From: Eledone cirrhosa
Lineage: Eukaryota
Assembly: GCA_964016885.1 (NCBI GenBank)
Contig: OZ024741.1
Coordinates: 199,826,001 to 199,890,000 of the forward strand
DNA length: 64,000 nucleotides
Reading direction: 5' to 3'
Of this stretch, positions 23,022-36,100 are shown in pieces (position 1 is the stretch's first letter; each line of letters begins with the position of its first letter). The translations under genes were made by a program, and so were the position numbers. Below the pieces are notes generated by a model that was not told the DNA's origin, searched no databases, and saw nothing but the letters and a program-made list of their open reading frames with translations.

Positions 23022-25745
23022 TCTACTTATATATATAACCAGCAATTTCTCTGTCTGTCCGACAGTGGAAACACGTGCATAGAGAGAGAGTGAGAGTGAA
23101 AGAAAGAGACTGACTACGAGAGGGGGATAGCGGGAGGGAGAGAGGGAGAGAGAGAGAGTGAATAGACGCTAAAACACGTGCTACAGAAACATTACCTTCC
23201 CCTCTCCACTGACTTTGGTCACTGAGGCCGAGGTAATCGCGCTGAGCGCATCATAATGACGTAATGCAGACAGCCAGACATACAGACAGATATTATAAGG
23301 GCGCAACGTTATATCTATGTATCTATCTAAAAAGAAAGACTAAGAATTATATAGAGAGAACGCTAAATCGCCTAATGCGGTCCCTAGGGCATTGAAAATT
23401 TGAAATAGTTTTTGCTCAAAACACTCACAGGACCATAAGTATTACATGTCTAAAGTTTGAAAACAATCGGTTGGATGGTTCTCAAGTTTTAGTGAGCTGA
23501 CAGACAGACAGACATTCTCTGTTTTAGATATATAGACTAGCAGAAAACCGCCCCCCGAGTGGTTTTCTGCTAGTCTACTTATATATATAACCAGCAATTT
23601 CTCTGTCTGTCTGTCCGACAGTGGAAACACGTGCGTAGAGAGAGAGTGAGAGTGAAAGAAAGAGACCGACTACGAGAGGGGGATAGCGGGAGGGAGAGAG
23701 GGAGAGAGAGAGAGTGAATAGCCGCTAAAACACGTGCTACAGAAACATTACCTTCCCCTCTCCACTGACTTTGGTCACTGAGGCCGAGGGAATTGCTGGT
23801 TGCTATAGAGACACCTTGCACAAGCCAGAAGTAACCAGTTCGAGGCGGTTCTGACTTGACACCATGAGAATAAGGTTGCCATTGAATTTGTGGTTTGAAG
23901 AAGGTTGCCATTGAATTTATGGTTGTTGCTGCTGATAATAAGGACCATTTGAAGAAGGTTGCTGCTGATGGGGTAATTTATTAATCAGATTGCGCAGTTC
24001 CATAACCTACATTTGATTTGTTCAATTTTTTCTTCAATTTTTTTGTTGTTTTTTTTTTAATTTCTTATTGAAAAAATATAAATAATAAAATAAGGTTAGA
24101 AATTTAAATAAAATTAAATACGATTTAATTTCCATTTCCAGCAGCCAATGTCCAGTGTTCAATTTCATGAAAAAATTGGAAATAATTCAAAAAATTGAAG
24201 TTTAACTTTTGAACATTTGTTTTGACAATAAAAAAATATTTCCTTATTCACACCTAATGGTATGATTAAAATTTCGTAGGAATATTTTTTTCTAACCGCC
24301 AGTTATTTAAATATTATTAAAAATAAATTTTTTTTTTAAAAGAATGGAAGATTTTGTGGATTTTTTTTACCACCTTCCAAGACTTAAACACTAATTCTCG
24401 CGAATTTGTGTTTTGTAATGACCCTCAGGATGCTGCTATTGTTGATTCCAATAGTGCCTGGTATTCGAATATGTTAGTATTCAATTTTTTGAATAAAATT
24501 AAGGCGCAATTATAGCTGCCAAACAAAATTTTTTTCGGCTTCAGCCCATATTATATATATAATGGGGATGATGATGATGATATACATAGTTACATATGTA
24601 TATGTAATCTCCTTATAATATATAACCAGCAATTTCTCTGTCTGTCTGTCTGACAGTGGAAACACGTGCGCGCGTGCGAATGTTTTTTGCGCACGCATAG
24701 AGAGAGAGTGAGAGTGAGAGAAAGAGACAGACTACGAGAGGGGGATAGCGGGAGAGAGAGAGGGAGAGAGAGTGAATAGACGCTAAAACACGTGCGCGTG
24801 TGTGAATGTTTTTTGCGCACGCGTAGATAGAGAGTGAGAGTGAAAGAAAGAGACAGACTACAAGAGGGGGATAGCGGGAGGGAGAGGGGGAATTGAGGAG
24901 TGCTACAGAAACATATATACATTTCTGTGTGTGTGTAATATATATATACACACACAGAAATATATATACATTTCTGTGTGTGTAATATATATATATATAC
25001 ACACAGAAATATATATACATTTCTGTGTGTGTAATATATATATATATACACACAGAAATATATATACATTTCTGTGTGTGTAATATATATATATATATAC
25101 ACACAGAAATATATATACATTTCTGTGTGTGTAATATATATATATATACACACAGAAATATATATACATTTCTGTGTGTGTAATATATATATATACTAGC
25201 AGAAAACCACCCGGTGGGTGGTTTTCTGCTAGTCTATATATCTAAAACAGAGTATGTCTGTCTGACGCCCTAAAACTCGAGAACCGCCCAACCAATTTGT
25301 TTAAAACTTTACACATGTAATACTTATGGTCGTGTGGGTGTTTTGAGCAAACAATATTTCAAATTTTCAATGCCCTAGGGACCGCATTAGGCAAAAAAAA
25401 CGCATATTTTTGGTTTTAAAGGCTTTTTTTGAGGCATAACGGAACAATAATCCAGGCGATTTCTTCAAAATTTGCATTATGTCATTTAAAGTGTTTTGAA
25501 CAAAAAAGATTTTCTCATTTTTGCCCCAGGGACCGCATTAGGCGAAAAACCGATTTTTTAAAGCATTTTGGTTGCGTTAGTATTTTGGTTGCGTTAGGGC
25601 CTGTAACTCGAGAAGTACCCAACCGAATTTTTTAAAACTTTGCATATGCATTACTTATGTTCACAAATTTTCTTGACTGAAAAAGATTTCAAATGTTTGC
25701 CCAGGGACCGCATTGTTTAGCATTTTGGTTGCGTTAGGGCCTGTA
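23022..25745. mobile_element. Cluster of non-autonomous Helitron-like units in both orientations
   Basis: Repeated 5' ends TCtacttatatatataaccagcaatttctctgtctgtc (23022, 23574, about 24615) and TCtatatatctaaaacagag (25233; minus at 23536), joined by CTAG-ended hairpins. Confidence 0.7.
24905..25194. repeat. Minisatellite, about six copies of a ~44-48-bp self-complementary unit
   Basis: Unit cacacagaaatatatatacatttctgtgtgtgtaa(ta)n. Confidence 0.92.
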
Positions 25746-25832
25746 AAAGTATTCAACTAAATTCCTTCATGCTCTCCACCACTGCAGTCCCACATGCTTA
25801 CTGCACTATAACTATTGCTTTCATTGTACCGC

Positions 25833-26372
25833 TGTATAAAAAAGTGCAGGGCGATCCACGGAGTAGGTAGACCCAGAAAAAACTGGGACGACTTGATAAA
25901 TTCTGACCTCACACACTTACACCTCTCCAAGACAATGTCACTGGACCAAGATCTTTGGCGCTACGCAGTAATACAGAAGACTCGCCTTGCCTAAGTGCAA
26001 AGCGAAACCTACAGTCAGTAGGCACCTCTTACCAAAATACACCCCCGTCCCACTAATCCCACCCCATCCACACCACCCCCTTTCGATGTAAAGTTATGTT
26101 GGTACCACAACATCCAGTCCTAAATAAATGAGGTCGTGTAGGTGTCACGACAAAAAACACTCAGTCCACGCTGTTATGTGGCCGTGTAGGTAACACGGTA
26201 AAAACCTCCCAGTCCACACTGTAAACGTGGTTGGTGTTAGGAAGGGCATCCAGCCGTAGAAAACCCGCCGGACAGTCCCGAGCAAGACAATCAATCTTGC
26301 CTCAAGTGCGACAATTCCCGTCCAGACCCATGCTAGCGTGGAAGATGGACGTTAAACGATGATGATGATGAT
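25833..26372 (+). mobile_element. RTE LINE 3' end (copy of 14520-15094)
   Basis: Near-identical sequence and (GAT)n tail. Confidence 0.88.
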
Positions 26373-26644
26373 GTACCATAGCACAACAAATACATGTTCG
26401 GTTTGTCAAATGCCTTTTTATTTAATCCTTTCTTAATGGCTTTCGTGGGTTGAACATTTTATTCTCAGGCACCCAATTAAGTTAAACCCCTGGTAATCAA
26501 CAACACATTTTTTTTATAAGCACAAAATGTAGACACCATCCCCAGGCCGAGGTATTCCGTACTTCTCTGTACTGTTTCAGAAAGGAGGGATAAACATGCC
26601 AAACTATGTTTAGAATCCCGAGCAATGCCAGGCCATTCTGCTAG

Positions 26645-27279
26645 TATTATATAAAAGAAAGATGTCTATTGGTTGGTTGGTTGGTTGAATTACACGAAAA
26701 CTACGCACACACACACACATCTAAAAAGAGAGAAACACAGAGAGAGATAGGCCATTATACAGAGAGAGATACAATGAAAGTGTTAGATATTCAGAGAGAG
26801 AGAGTGACGTCCCTCAAAAGTATCAATTGAAGGTTTAACAATATTGCGTTAGCTTTTATAAAGTCGTTTTACAGTCTTTGATTTTACAGAACAAAATTGA
26901 TACTATTTGAAATTAATCTACCCTCCAGCTTTTATCCATATACTACTTACTGACAGTACTAATGAAACTAAACACTTCCAAAGGGCGTCATCTGAAACAC
27001 AGCAGCGTTTCAGATGACGTCCTTTGGAGCTGAAAAAGAGCATACTGACTATGGTTATTTCACAACATTTAAAATCCAAGGCCAATGTTACAATTTAATT
27101 GGCAGTTTACCCTGCCAGCCTAATAAGGAAGTTTTATGATTGTTTTTTAATGTCTCTCTCACACACATTACAGTCTCACTTCATACTGTAAACCAGACAA
27201 CACATCCAATATAGTTGTTTTCTCTTTTATCCGTCTTCTCTTAACTATTCTCCTGGGCGAAGCCGGGTACCTCAGCTAG
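26645..27279 (+). mobile_element. Non-autonomous Helitron-like element with internal 22-bp palindrome
   Basis: 3' end cctgggcgaagccggg...agCTAG|t; another hairpin-plus-CTAG end at 26617-26644 lies immediately upstream. Confidence 0.6.
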
Positions 27280-27479
27280 TATACATCTAATTTTAAACTA
27301 AGCAAATAATGCAAATTCTAATGAGAGCTTATGAAAAGTATATTATATAAAGAAATAATCGAATTTCTATCTTCACACTTGTGTTATAGAGTGTAAAGTA
27401 AATAATTATTTTTGAAATTAGTTAACTTTCTTAAATCACATAAGCTTGAAGTAAAACTTTCAAAGATTACATTACTTAC

Positions 27480-27644
27480 TTGCTGTCCAGTGTGAGGACT
27501 ATATATTGAAAAAGGTGTAACACTTCTGATAAGACAAGCTAATGCTCCAACTCTGGCTGCTTCAGTTGCTCCTTGAGTCCGATATTTAACTGTCTTACTA
27601 TAACCCTTCCAGTTTTGGTTGAATACAACAATTTTACCTTCAGC
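27480..27644 (-). CDS. CPQ: Carboxypeptidase Q coding exon (165 nt, phase 0-0)
   Basis: tttatag|GCT...CAA|gtaagt. AEGKIVVFNQNWKGYSKTVKYRTQGATEAARVGALACLIRSVTPFSIYSPHTGQQ. Confidence 0.96.
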
Positions 27645-29399
27645 CTATAAAGTATAAAACTGACTAAAAAGGATTAATATTTCGAGATCATACAATTGAA
27701 ATAGTTGCATGAAGATATTGTGAATTAATGGTTTTTGACAAACAAAAATTGAATTAATAAATTGCAACAATGAAAAATAATTTCACATCATAAAAAATCA
27801 TTGTTTACAAACATTTCAATGATTTTTCTGCGTAGTTTTTCTGTACTTTATAAAATCCTTAATGCTACAATGTTGCATCAGCAGAGGATGCTGGAATAGG
27901 TGAAATTGATATATTCCGCCCTACCATATTCACATTTTAGGGAATTAGCAGTGTAAAAGGTCACTTCAGCTGCATAGCCTTTCATAGGTTGACTACTCTG
28001 TAAGGTTAGTTTAGAAAAAAAAACATTCCTTTTGTCATCATCATCATTTTACATCCGCTTTTCCCTGCTTGCAAGAGTGGGATGGGTGTCCTATTCAACA
28101 CAGTATCTCTCCATTTGTCACGGTCCTTCATTATAAATGTATGTGTAATTCAGTTGACTGAATATACATTCTTAGTATTAATCAATGAATTATAAAAAAT
28201 AATACATATCTAACAGTTGATAGTCTCCAGTTGTGTCAGAGACATCACAGCCTCTCTGGTGCCATGATAAAATGCACTTGGTAGAACACTGAATCGTATG
28301 TAAGTGAGAAGTTGAGAACCTCCAGCCTGTCTGGGAAGTCAGTGGCCCCATTTCAATCTGTAAAAACCCATCCAACCTTTGCAAGAAGAGAAAGAGGACG
28401 TTAAATGATATGATGAGTGGTTTTCTTCCTATCATTATTGTTTAGCCCCAGGTCAGCCTTGACTAAGCAGACCTATGATCTAAGTGTTTCAGTAATAATC
28501 ATTCCATTTTATTTTCAGACAATGTACACAAGACGAGAGTTTTCTTTCTTAAGATTTTAAGGGTAATGTGACTGCTATATTCTAGCAGATTGAGCAGCCA
28601 TGTAAAGGTTTTCTAGTGGTTTTTTCACATAAAGTGATCATCTGTTGTTTTTTAATAACTCTCTTCATTCTAGATTCAATATTCTTACAGTATAGAGTTA
28701 GTTGATCAGAAAATTACATGTTCAGCAATTTTATATGCTATGCCTTATTCTTGTAACAGACTGAATTTCACATAGTATCATGTAGCATTTTATTGTCTGG
28801 AAGTTTGGGCATGTTTCATTCTGTTTTTAGTTCAGCCTATTCTTATGCCTTTAAATTTGGGCAATGACTGCAGCTGAATTAGGTAAAGAGATTGTCCCAG
28901 TTCTTCAATATTTATACTATTTGTTTGGAATTGGAAACTACTATGAGTTAGATAAAAGAGAGGTTGTTCAAACCATGTAATAGTAGTAGTTGTTGTTGTA
29001 TAGTCACAGGTGAGCCATGATCAAAGACAATTCAAATATGACCATCCTGTTTTCTATATATTATGTAGAACATTATGCAGTGTGTCCTTTCTGAGGGTGA
29101 TTTGACAGCAGTTTCTAGCATTTCTAGTGACCATGTAGAGTCGCATTCGGTTGTTCTTTATCCCCAAATAAGTCCTGATTGAGTATCTCTATGACTAAAA
29201 GCATTCCTACCATGACCATCTTAACCTTTTCTCAGACGTAGTGTATCTAGGGCTACATTTTACAATGAATCGTTCCTGTTTTAAGATGGTAGTGAGATGT
29301 GAATTTAAGATATGGCTTTTAATTATCACAAGTTGAGTGCACATAGAATATTCCAGATTAATTAGTAGTAGCACTAATATAGAGTGATACATAATAAAG

Positions 29400-30440
29400 G
29401 TATATATGGAGTCATATATGATATATTTGTGTATAATAAACATATATAAGTCTTGCTATGAATGTTTTAAGCAGTTATGCATAATAGAGGTATATATGAT
29501 ATGATATATTTGTTTATAATAAACATATATAAGACACGCTATGAATGCTTTAAGCTATGATCATGTCACAGTAGCCCTTTGAGAACATCAGGAACTAGTA
29601 TTTCAAGATTTTTACCCATCATCTGTGACATTTACTCACTTGGTATTTAGACATGAATAAGCTATAGCTTATATACTTTTTTCATATAAAACATCTGCTG
29701 GAGATGCATTACATATAATGAGAGCTTCCCTGGCTAGAATTAATTAGCAGTAGCATTAATATATAATTGTTTCTACTTTTGGCACAAGGCCAGCAATTAC
29801 CCAGTGCATTACTGGTACTTTATTTTATCGACCTCGGAAGGATGAGAGGCAAAGTTAACCTCAGCGGGATTTGAACTCAGATCATACAGGGAGGTAACTC
29901 TATGCTTCAAAGCATGGCATCCGACCCTCTACCGGTACTGCCAATCCACCGCATAATGATTCATAGATGTATATGGCAGCATATGTTTAAGTACAAATTT
30001 ATAGCTTATTTTAGTCTCAGTACCAAATGAAAAAAATCCTGAAACACTAGTGTCTGGTGTTCTCACACAGCTACTGAGATAGCTATGACATGATCACAGC
30101 TTAAAACACATAGCAAGACTTATTTATCATCATCATCATTTTACGTCCGCTTTTCCCTGCTTGCAAGGGTGGGACGGGAACTGATTCTGGCTTGATTTCT
30201 ACAGCTGGATGCCCTTTCTAACACCAACCTCATTTACAGTGAGTGCTGGGTGCTTTTTTGCTGTGGCACCTACACGACTACTTTGCAGTGGAATGATAGG
30301 GACCCCAGAATTGAACTCACAACCTTTCGATTGCAAGGCCAATGCTCTAACCATGTGCCTCCATTATGTTTATTATAAATAAACATAGCTTATTCATGTC
30401 TAATTACCAAGTGAGTAAATGTCACTGATGATGGATAAAG
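29400..30440. repeat. Short repeat family in opposite orientations carrying damaged hammerhead pieces, interrupted by SINE/RTE-tail insertions
   Basis: 29500-29668 is reverse-complementary to 30001-30125 plus 30365-30440; local ~85-bp tandem duplication at 29398-29556. Confidence 0.7.
29763..29952 (-). mobile_element. tRNA-derived SINE (family of 17748-17940)
   Basis: Reverse complement of head, core and tail. Confidence 0.88.
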
Positions 30441-30625
30441 GACAGTGAATTGGTAGTATTTGTAGAAGGTTGGACACCATGCTTTGCAGCATAGAGTTAC
30501 GCCCCTTTACAGTCTGAGTTCAAATACCATCGAGGTTAACTTTGCCTTTCATCTTTACAGGGTCAATAAAATAAATCACCAGTAATGCACTGGGATAATT
30601 GCTGGCCTTGTGTAGAAACAATTAT
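30440..30625 (+). mobile_element. tRNA-derived SINE (family of 17748-17940)
   Basis: gagttcaaatacc...gaggttaactttgcctttcatc...gtagaaacaattat. Confidence 0.85.
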
Positions 30626-30807
30626 ATATAAACATATCATATATACCTCCATATGCACAACTATTCCTGAGTAGTGTTTGTGTTTAGTGTGAAAATGTTG
30701 AAGTATTTATAGTTATTTGGTTTGGAATAGTGCCTTTCATTTGATTAAGCAGTTGTAAAATTTTAATCTTAATTTTTTTTTTCACAAAGAAAAGCCTAAA
30801 TATGTAC

Positions 30808-30975
30808 CTCTTTTGCTTTCTGTCTTAATTCTTTAAAGCTGTTGACAACAAGAACTTCAGCTTTGATACCATCCATAGGAGTTGATACACTACTACCCAA
30901 TCCCAAAATGGCCATTTCATGATACTGTGGCTCCAACATGGTAGCAGATTCCTGACCACGCACCCAATGAGGTAC
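30808..30975 (-). CDS. CPQ: Carboxypeptidase Q coding exon (168 nt, phase 0-0), start of PA-like domain
   Basis: ttttag|GTA...GAG|gtacat. [56 protein letters not shown]; PHWxRG and ILGLGSS are CPQ motifs. Confidence 0.96.
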
Positions 30976-31319
30976 CTAAAATTACAATGGATAAATAAAT
31001 AAATTAATAAATACATACATACCAAATATAAATAAAAATAAATAGGTTAAAATTTTACACACAGATATATATATATATGTACACACAGATATACAAGCAC
31101 ACACACACACACACACACACAGATATATATGGACATACATACACATATATATGCACACACAGAGATATATAAGCACACACACAGATATATATGCACATAC
31201 ATACACATATATATGCACACACATACACAGATATGTATGCACATATATATGCACACACACACACACGTAGATATATATGCAGACACACTCACAGATATAT
31301 ATATGTACACACACACCCT

Positions 31320-33622
31320 TCAGCCGAAATCGACTCAACAATTGATCTCCACGTGGCTCTGTTGTTCATTGCTGTTGCTGGATTTCAATATCAGAATCTC
31401 TGGAGATGACATGGGATAGGAGAGCTTGTGCCCCGTTATTAGTGACTGCTTGTGGTTTCCAAAGCACTAATGGGGACACAGCCTCATAAGTGGCACGATG
31501 GCAGTGGTCAGCAAATATTACTCTCCTTTTATGTACAACAACAAATATGCGTGGGAGGCCAGCATATATCTCTCTCAAAGTCAGATGTTGTCAGCTTATG
31601 TTCTGAATGCGTTGAAGCAGGCGAGTCTAAGTGCCATCAAGGTGTTTTTTGTTGTTTGGATGAAAGCGTCGATGTTTCACTTCCATATAGCAAGATTGGT
31701 TGAATTGTTACTTGGAAGAGTCTGATCTTGGCGCGGTTGGAAAGATTTGAGCACCAAACTCGATCCATCTTGTTGCAAGCTGACCATGCTTGGGCCTTTC
31801 TGGTGGCGAAATCCTTCTCAGAGTCCATGATCCAGGACCCAAGATACTTGAAATCCTCGACTTGCTTGATATCACTGCCATTGATTGCTTTGATGTTGTT
31901 GCCTGTACAATTTGATATGTACTCTGTTTTATCCTCATTGAGATGAAGGCCAACGAGGGCGGCTGCTTCCTGGAGAGATGTCAAAAGTGGTTGCGCATTT
32001 TCTAGGCAATCTGCAAGAAGTGCAATGTCATCCGCAAAGTCAAGGTCAGTGAGATGTTTAGAGGGATGCCTAGATCTCATGCAGGGTTTGATGGTTATAC
32101 CTTTGTTATTGATTTTGTCAATTGAGAGTCTCAGGGCGTAGTCTAGTGCAATGATAAAGAGGAATGGGGCAAGAGTGTCACCCTGCAGCACTCCTGCTGA
32201 GATGTCAAAGAACTCTGTTGGGTCATCAGGAGTGATGATAGTGGCACTTGTGTTGAGATACAGAGCCTTAATTGCTTCTACAAGTCTTGCTGGGATGCCA
32301 TACAAAGGTAGAATTTCAAACAGAATGTCTCTGTTTATGCTGTCAAAAGCTTTTCTAAAGTCAGAAAAAACAGAGCCATTTGTCTGTTGGAGTTTCTCAT
32401 CTCTTCCACTACTCTTCTCAAAATCTGTGCAAGTGTAGATCTACCACGCCTAAAACTGTTTTGGTTGAGGTGAAGGATTGGATCAACATACAGAATTATA
32501 CAGTTTAGGATTAGCTTGTTGTAGATCTTGGCAGCAATAGGCATATGTGATATTCCTCGGTAGTTTTGGGGGGATGAGAGGTCGCCTTTTTTGGGGACAG
32601 GAACTTCTTCTCCAACTCCTTGGTGAATTTGAACTCTTCTCATCTACAAATAGCTTCATGAAAAAGCAATCCAAGCTCTGGTCATTCACCCTAATGGTAG
32701 TAGAGCTCAATTGGATTATATCCTATTTCGGAAAAAATGGCGAAACATTGTACAAGACTCTGAAACCTATTCTGCCTTCTCCAATATGGCATCTGATCAC
32801 AGGATTATCTCTTCCAAAGTTACTCTTAGCCTTCGCGCTCCTAAGAAAGTTCCCACTGAACCGATGGAACAAATTGACTGGAGGTTAGTGTCATCAAATA
32901 AGGAGCTCTCCAGCCAGTATGCAATTAGTGTCTACAATAGGGTCTCTGAACTACCCTTTACTGATGATTGCATTGAGACTAAATACTCCAACCTAATTGC
33001 TTCAAATGAGGAAGTTGCTCTTTTCAGCTTACCCCCAAAAACCAAAAGGAAGCTCACGAAATATCCTCAGCGCGTAAACAACTGCAAAGTCTTTCTTCTC
33101 AGTATAACTCAAATCCAACTAGTTTACTGAAAAGTGAAATGACCCAATGCAAAAAAGACCTTGATGAGGCATACACAACTGCTCTTGCTGAGTATGTAGA
33201 AGGAAAAATAAACAAACTTAAGACCCTTCATATATACAAACAGCACGCAGTCGCATGGGCTTTAATCAATGAAATAACTGGTAGAAAAGAAAACCCTTCC
33301 CCCATCATCAAAGGAGGCTCTCAAGAAGCTTGGAAAAAGAGCTGGACTGACCACTTCAAGGGTCTACTGGGAGAACCCTCCCCTGTAGAAGGCGATCGCC
33401 CAAAGTCTATGGTATCACCTGAACTCGACATCTCCACTGGACTTTTCACCTTGAGTTTGATCAACCAGGTGATCAAAACACTTGAAAACAAAAAATCACC
33501 CAGTCTCAACAACATACCCAGTATAATTTGGAAAGACCCAAACCTTACTTCAGTTCTATTATCAATCTGCAACGACACCTTAAGCAACAAATTTCCCCCA
33601 ACAAGTTGGCTAAAAGCAGGCA
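31320..33622. mobile_element. RTE-superfamily LINE with inverted 5' segment (RT on minus 31320-32605; endonuclease end and linker on plus 32610-33622)
   Basis: Minus: PVPKKGDLS..NYRGIS, GVLQGDTLAPFLF, LDFADDIALL, FKYLGSW, LLYGSET. Plus: LDYILFRKKWRN, SDHRII, ...KSPSLNNIP...SWLKAG. Confidence 0.88.
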
Positions 33623-33730
33623 CTCAGATATATATGCACACAGAGATATATATGTACATAAACACTCACACATAGATATATATGCACACAACCATACAGA
33701 TATATATATATATATATATGCACACACACA

Positions 33731-33841
33731 CATGTATGCAGGGCCCGCCTTCGGAAGTTCAGGGCCCAGTTGGCTATTAATGCACACACAAACATGTATG
33801 CAGGGCCTGCCTTCGGAAGTTCAGGGCCCAGTTGGCTATTA
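33731..33841. repeat. Tandem duplication of a ~62-bp GC-rich unit
   Basis: catgtatgcagggccYgccttcggaagttcagggcccagttggctatta occurs twice. Confidence 0.85.
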
Positions 33842-34706
33842 CATATATATTTCAATAAGCTATTGTGTGTAGTTGATGAGTCAAGAGCAGATTACTCTTA
33901 CACATGACCTCTTAAGTGCAGGGCCCAATAAGGAGCAGTTGGCCCATCTGGGTTAAGTTCAGCCCTTTATGTATGTGTGTTGGAACTCTATTGATTCTGA
34001 CAATGATTGTTCCAGTTGTTTGATCAATGCTAACAGCCTACTCATAAAATTAACATGCAAATAGTTGAACATTCCACAGATTCAACATGATACAATGTGT
34101 GACAAAGTCTTAATTAATTAATTAGTTTATTTATTTTATTTTAATCTATTTCTTATATAATAAATTTTTGGTATCGGTTATAATATTCACAGTTGTTGCA
34201 GACCTGTGGACAATGTGGGGTTGGGAGGAGATGGATGTTGCTACTATTATAGCAGCTGCTCTCTACTACAGCTACTGATAGAGAGGGGAGGGAGAAGGGC
34301 TACCAGCCATTTTCATTACTTCCTAAACTGACCAACACTTGAGTCAAAATTCTTAGTGTCATACAGGGGCTGGCTGTTGAAGAAACAACACCACACATTC
34401 GGCCGGCCCCTGTATAATGAAAAGAAATGTTTTTTCAGGGAAATTATTGGATTTTTCCAAATTTAAAGGTTTTTTAGGAACTTTCAATGTTTATTTTAGG
34501 TTTCGCTGTCTGAAGAGCTAAGGCTATCATAACCAATAATCCTCAGTGAAATATGTATAGCAGAGTTATGAATAATTTTTTGGTATCGGTTATAATATTC
34601 ACACTTGTGAATATTATAACCGATAAACAACTGAATATGGCCTCCGGTCTTTTATTAATATATATATATATATGTATATAAATAGGGAGACACAAAGCAA
34701 GCTTTG

Positions 34707-34850
34707 TGTAGAAACAGCTAGCGAATTTAAAATTTCTTTTTCCATTCAGACGGTTCTTTAAAATCCCCACTAACAGACTAATTTAATTTAGTCAAATACG
34801 GCATAAGCACATGTCACTACCTAATTTTCAAATTCGCTAGCTGTTTCTAC
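34707..34850. mobile_element. Small inverted-repeat (MITE-like) element
   Basis: gtagaaacagctagcgaattt-aaaatt ... aattttcaaattcgctagctgtttctac. Confidence 0.6.
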
Positions 34851-36100
34851 CTAATTATATACATATGTATATATTTGTTTATATTTTATCACAGCTATTG
34901 TAGCTTTCTATATTGGACAGATACCATACTTGAGATTTGTTGGCTATTTCTTCCTTTCTTTCCCCTTCTTTCATTCTTTCTCTCTTCCCTTCCTCTTACT
35001 GCTTTTTTTTTTCTTTCCGCCTCTCTTCTCCTACCTGCTGATCTTACTCATCACTTCCGCTTACTATCATCTCCACACAAAAAGCCATTGTTGTTGCCTT
35101 TTCTTACAGGAACCTGAGGCCGAGTGGATGCACTTTATTTTTCACTCTCTCTCTGACCTGTCTGTCTGTTTATCTAATCTGTTCGTTCGCCACCAAAACA
35201 TCATAAAAACAGAGTATTTACTTCTTCATGTACGAGCCATCTATCTTACGTGGTATTTTTAGTTAAATTGTTGAAACCACATGCGGTCTAAAAACTGATG
35301 AGAGTATTTAAATGTTTATGTGATCTTCCCTCCTCCATTTTTCTCCTATCACTTCTATGGACCCACGCACTTCCAGCCACTTGATCCTATGGAGGAGAGG
35401 AAGGAGAATGTGGGAGGTGAGGAAAAAGAACTCTGTGCCACTTACAGTGAGGCCATAGAGGAGGTGCTGATGGAGAAGATCAGGAGTGTGGAGAGAGCAC
35501 TTGACAGGTGTAAATGTAAAGAAAGCTGGACGATCATCAACAAGATCACTGGGAGGAAGATAGGGAGATCAAGTCAGATCCGGGGAACAGGGCCCGAGGA
35601 TAAGAAGACGAAGTGGCTGGACCATTTTAAGACTCTACTAGGAGAGACACCTTCCACAACCCAGAACATATATATATAAAGGGTTATTGTAGATTGATGA
35701 TGGTGTACTTGCCATCACTGACGCTGATAAGAAGGTAGCTTGGAAGTGTCACTACGAAAGGCTACTGTCTGTCTGTTTATCCCAATTGAAACTAATGCTA
35801 GGCGATGTGGTAACTAATGCCTTATATTGGCAGTTAAAGGGTTTTATTCCTTTTTCTTTCTCTCCTAATAATACAAACATATCTAAATTCTCCATAGCGT
35901 CTAAAATAACGGTTTTTCAATCATATACCTCATTTACATATTCATTAGCATACTCATCCTAACAATTTTAAATCCACTATCCAAGTAATACTTCAACTGA
36001 TAAGGTATGTTCCTTGGCTATGTCAACATTTATAAAACACACTTTGTATTTTACCTGATGAAAGCGTACCAAAGTTTTTGGTACCCTTCAAATATATATA

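Noticed and set aside
24905-25194. CRISPR-like array of palindromic repeats
   Set aside because: Spacers are only variable TA runs, there are no cas genes, and the context is eukaryotic.
35272-35305. gaaaccacatgcggtc-taaaaa-ctgatga as a type II hammerhead
   Set aside because: Stems I and II cannot be formed convincingly.
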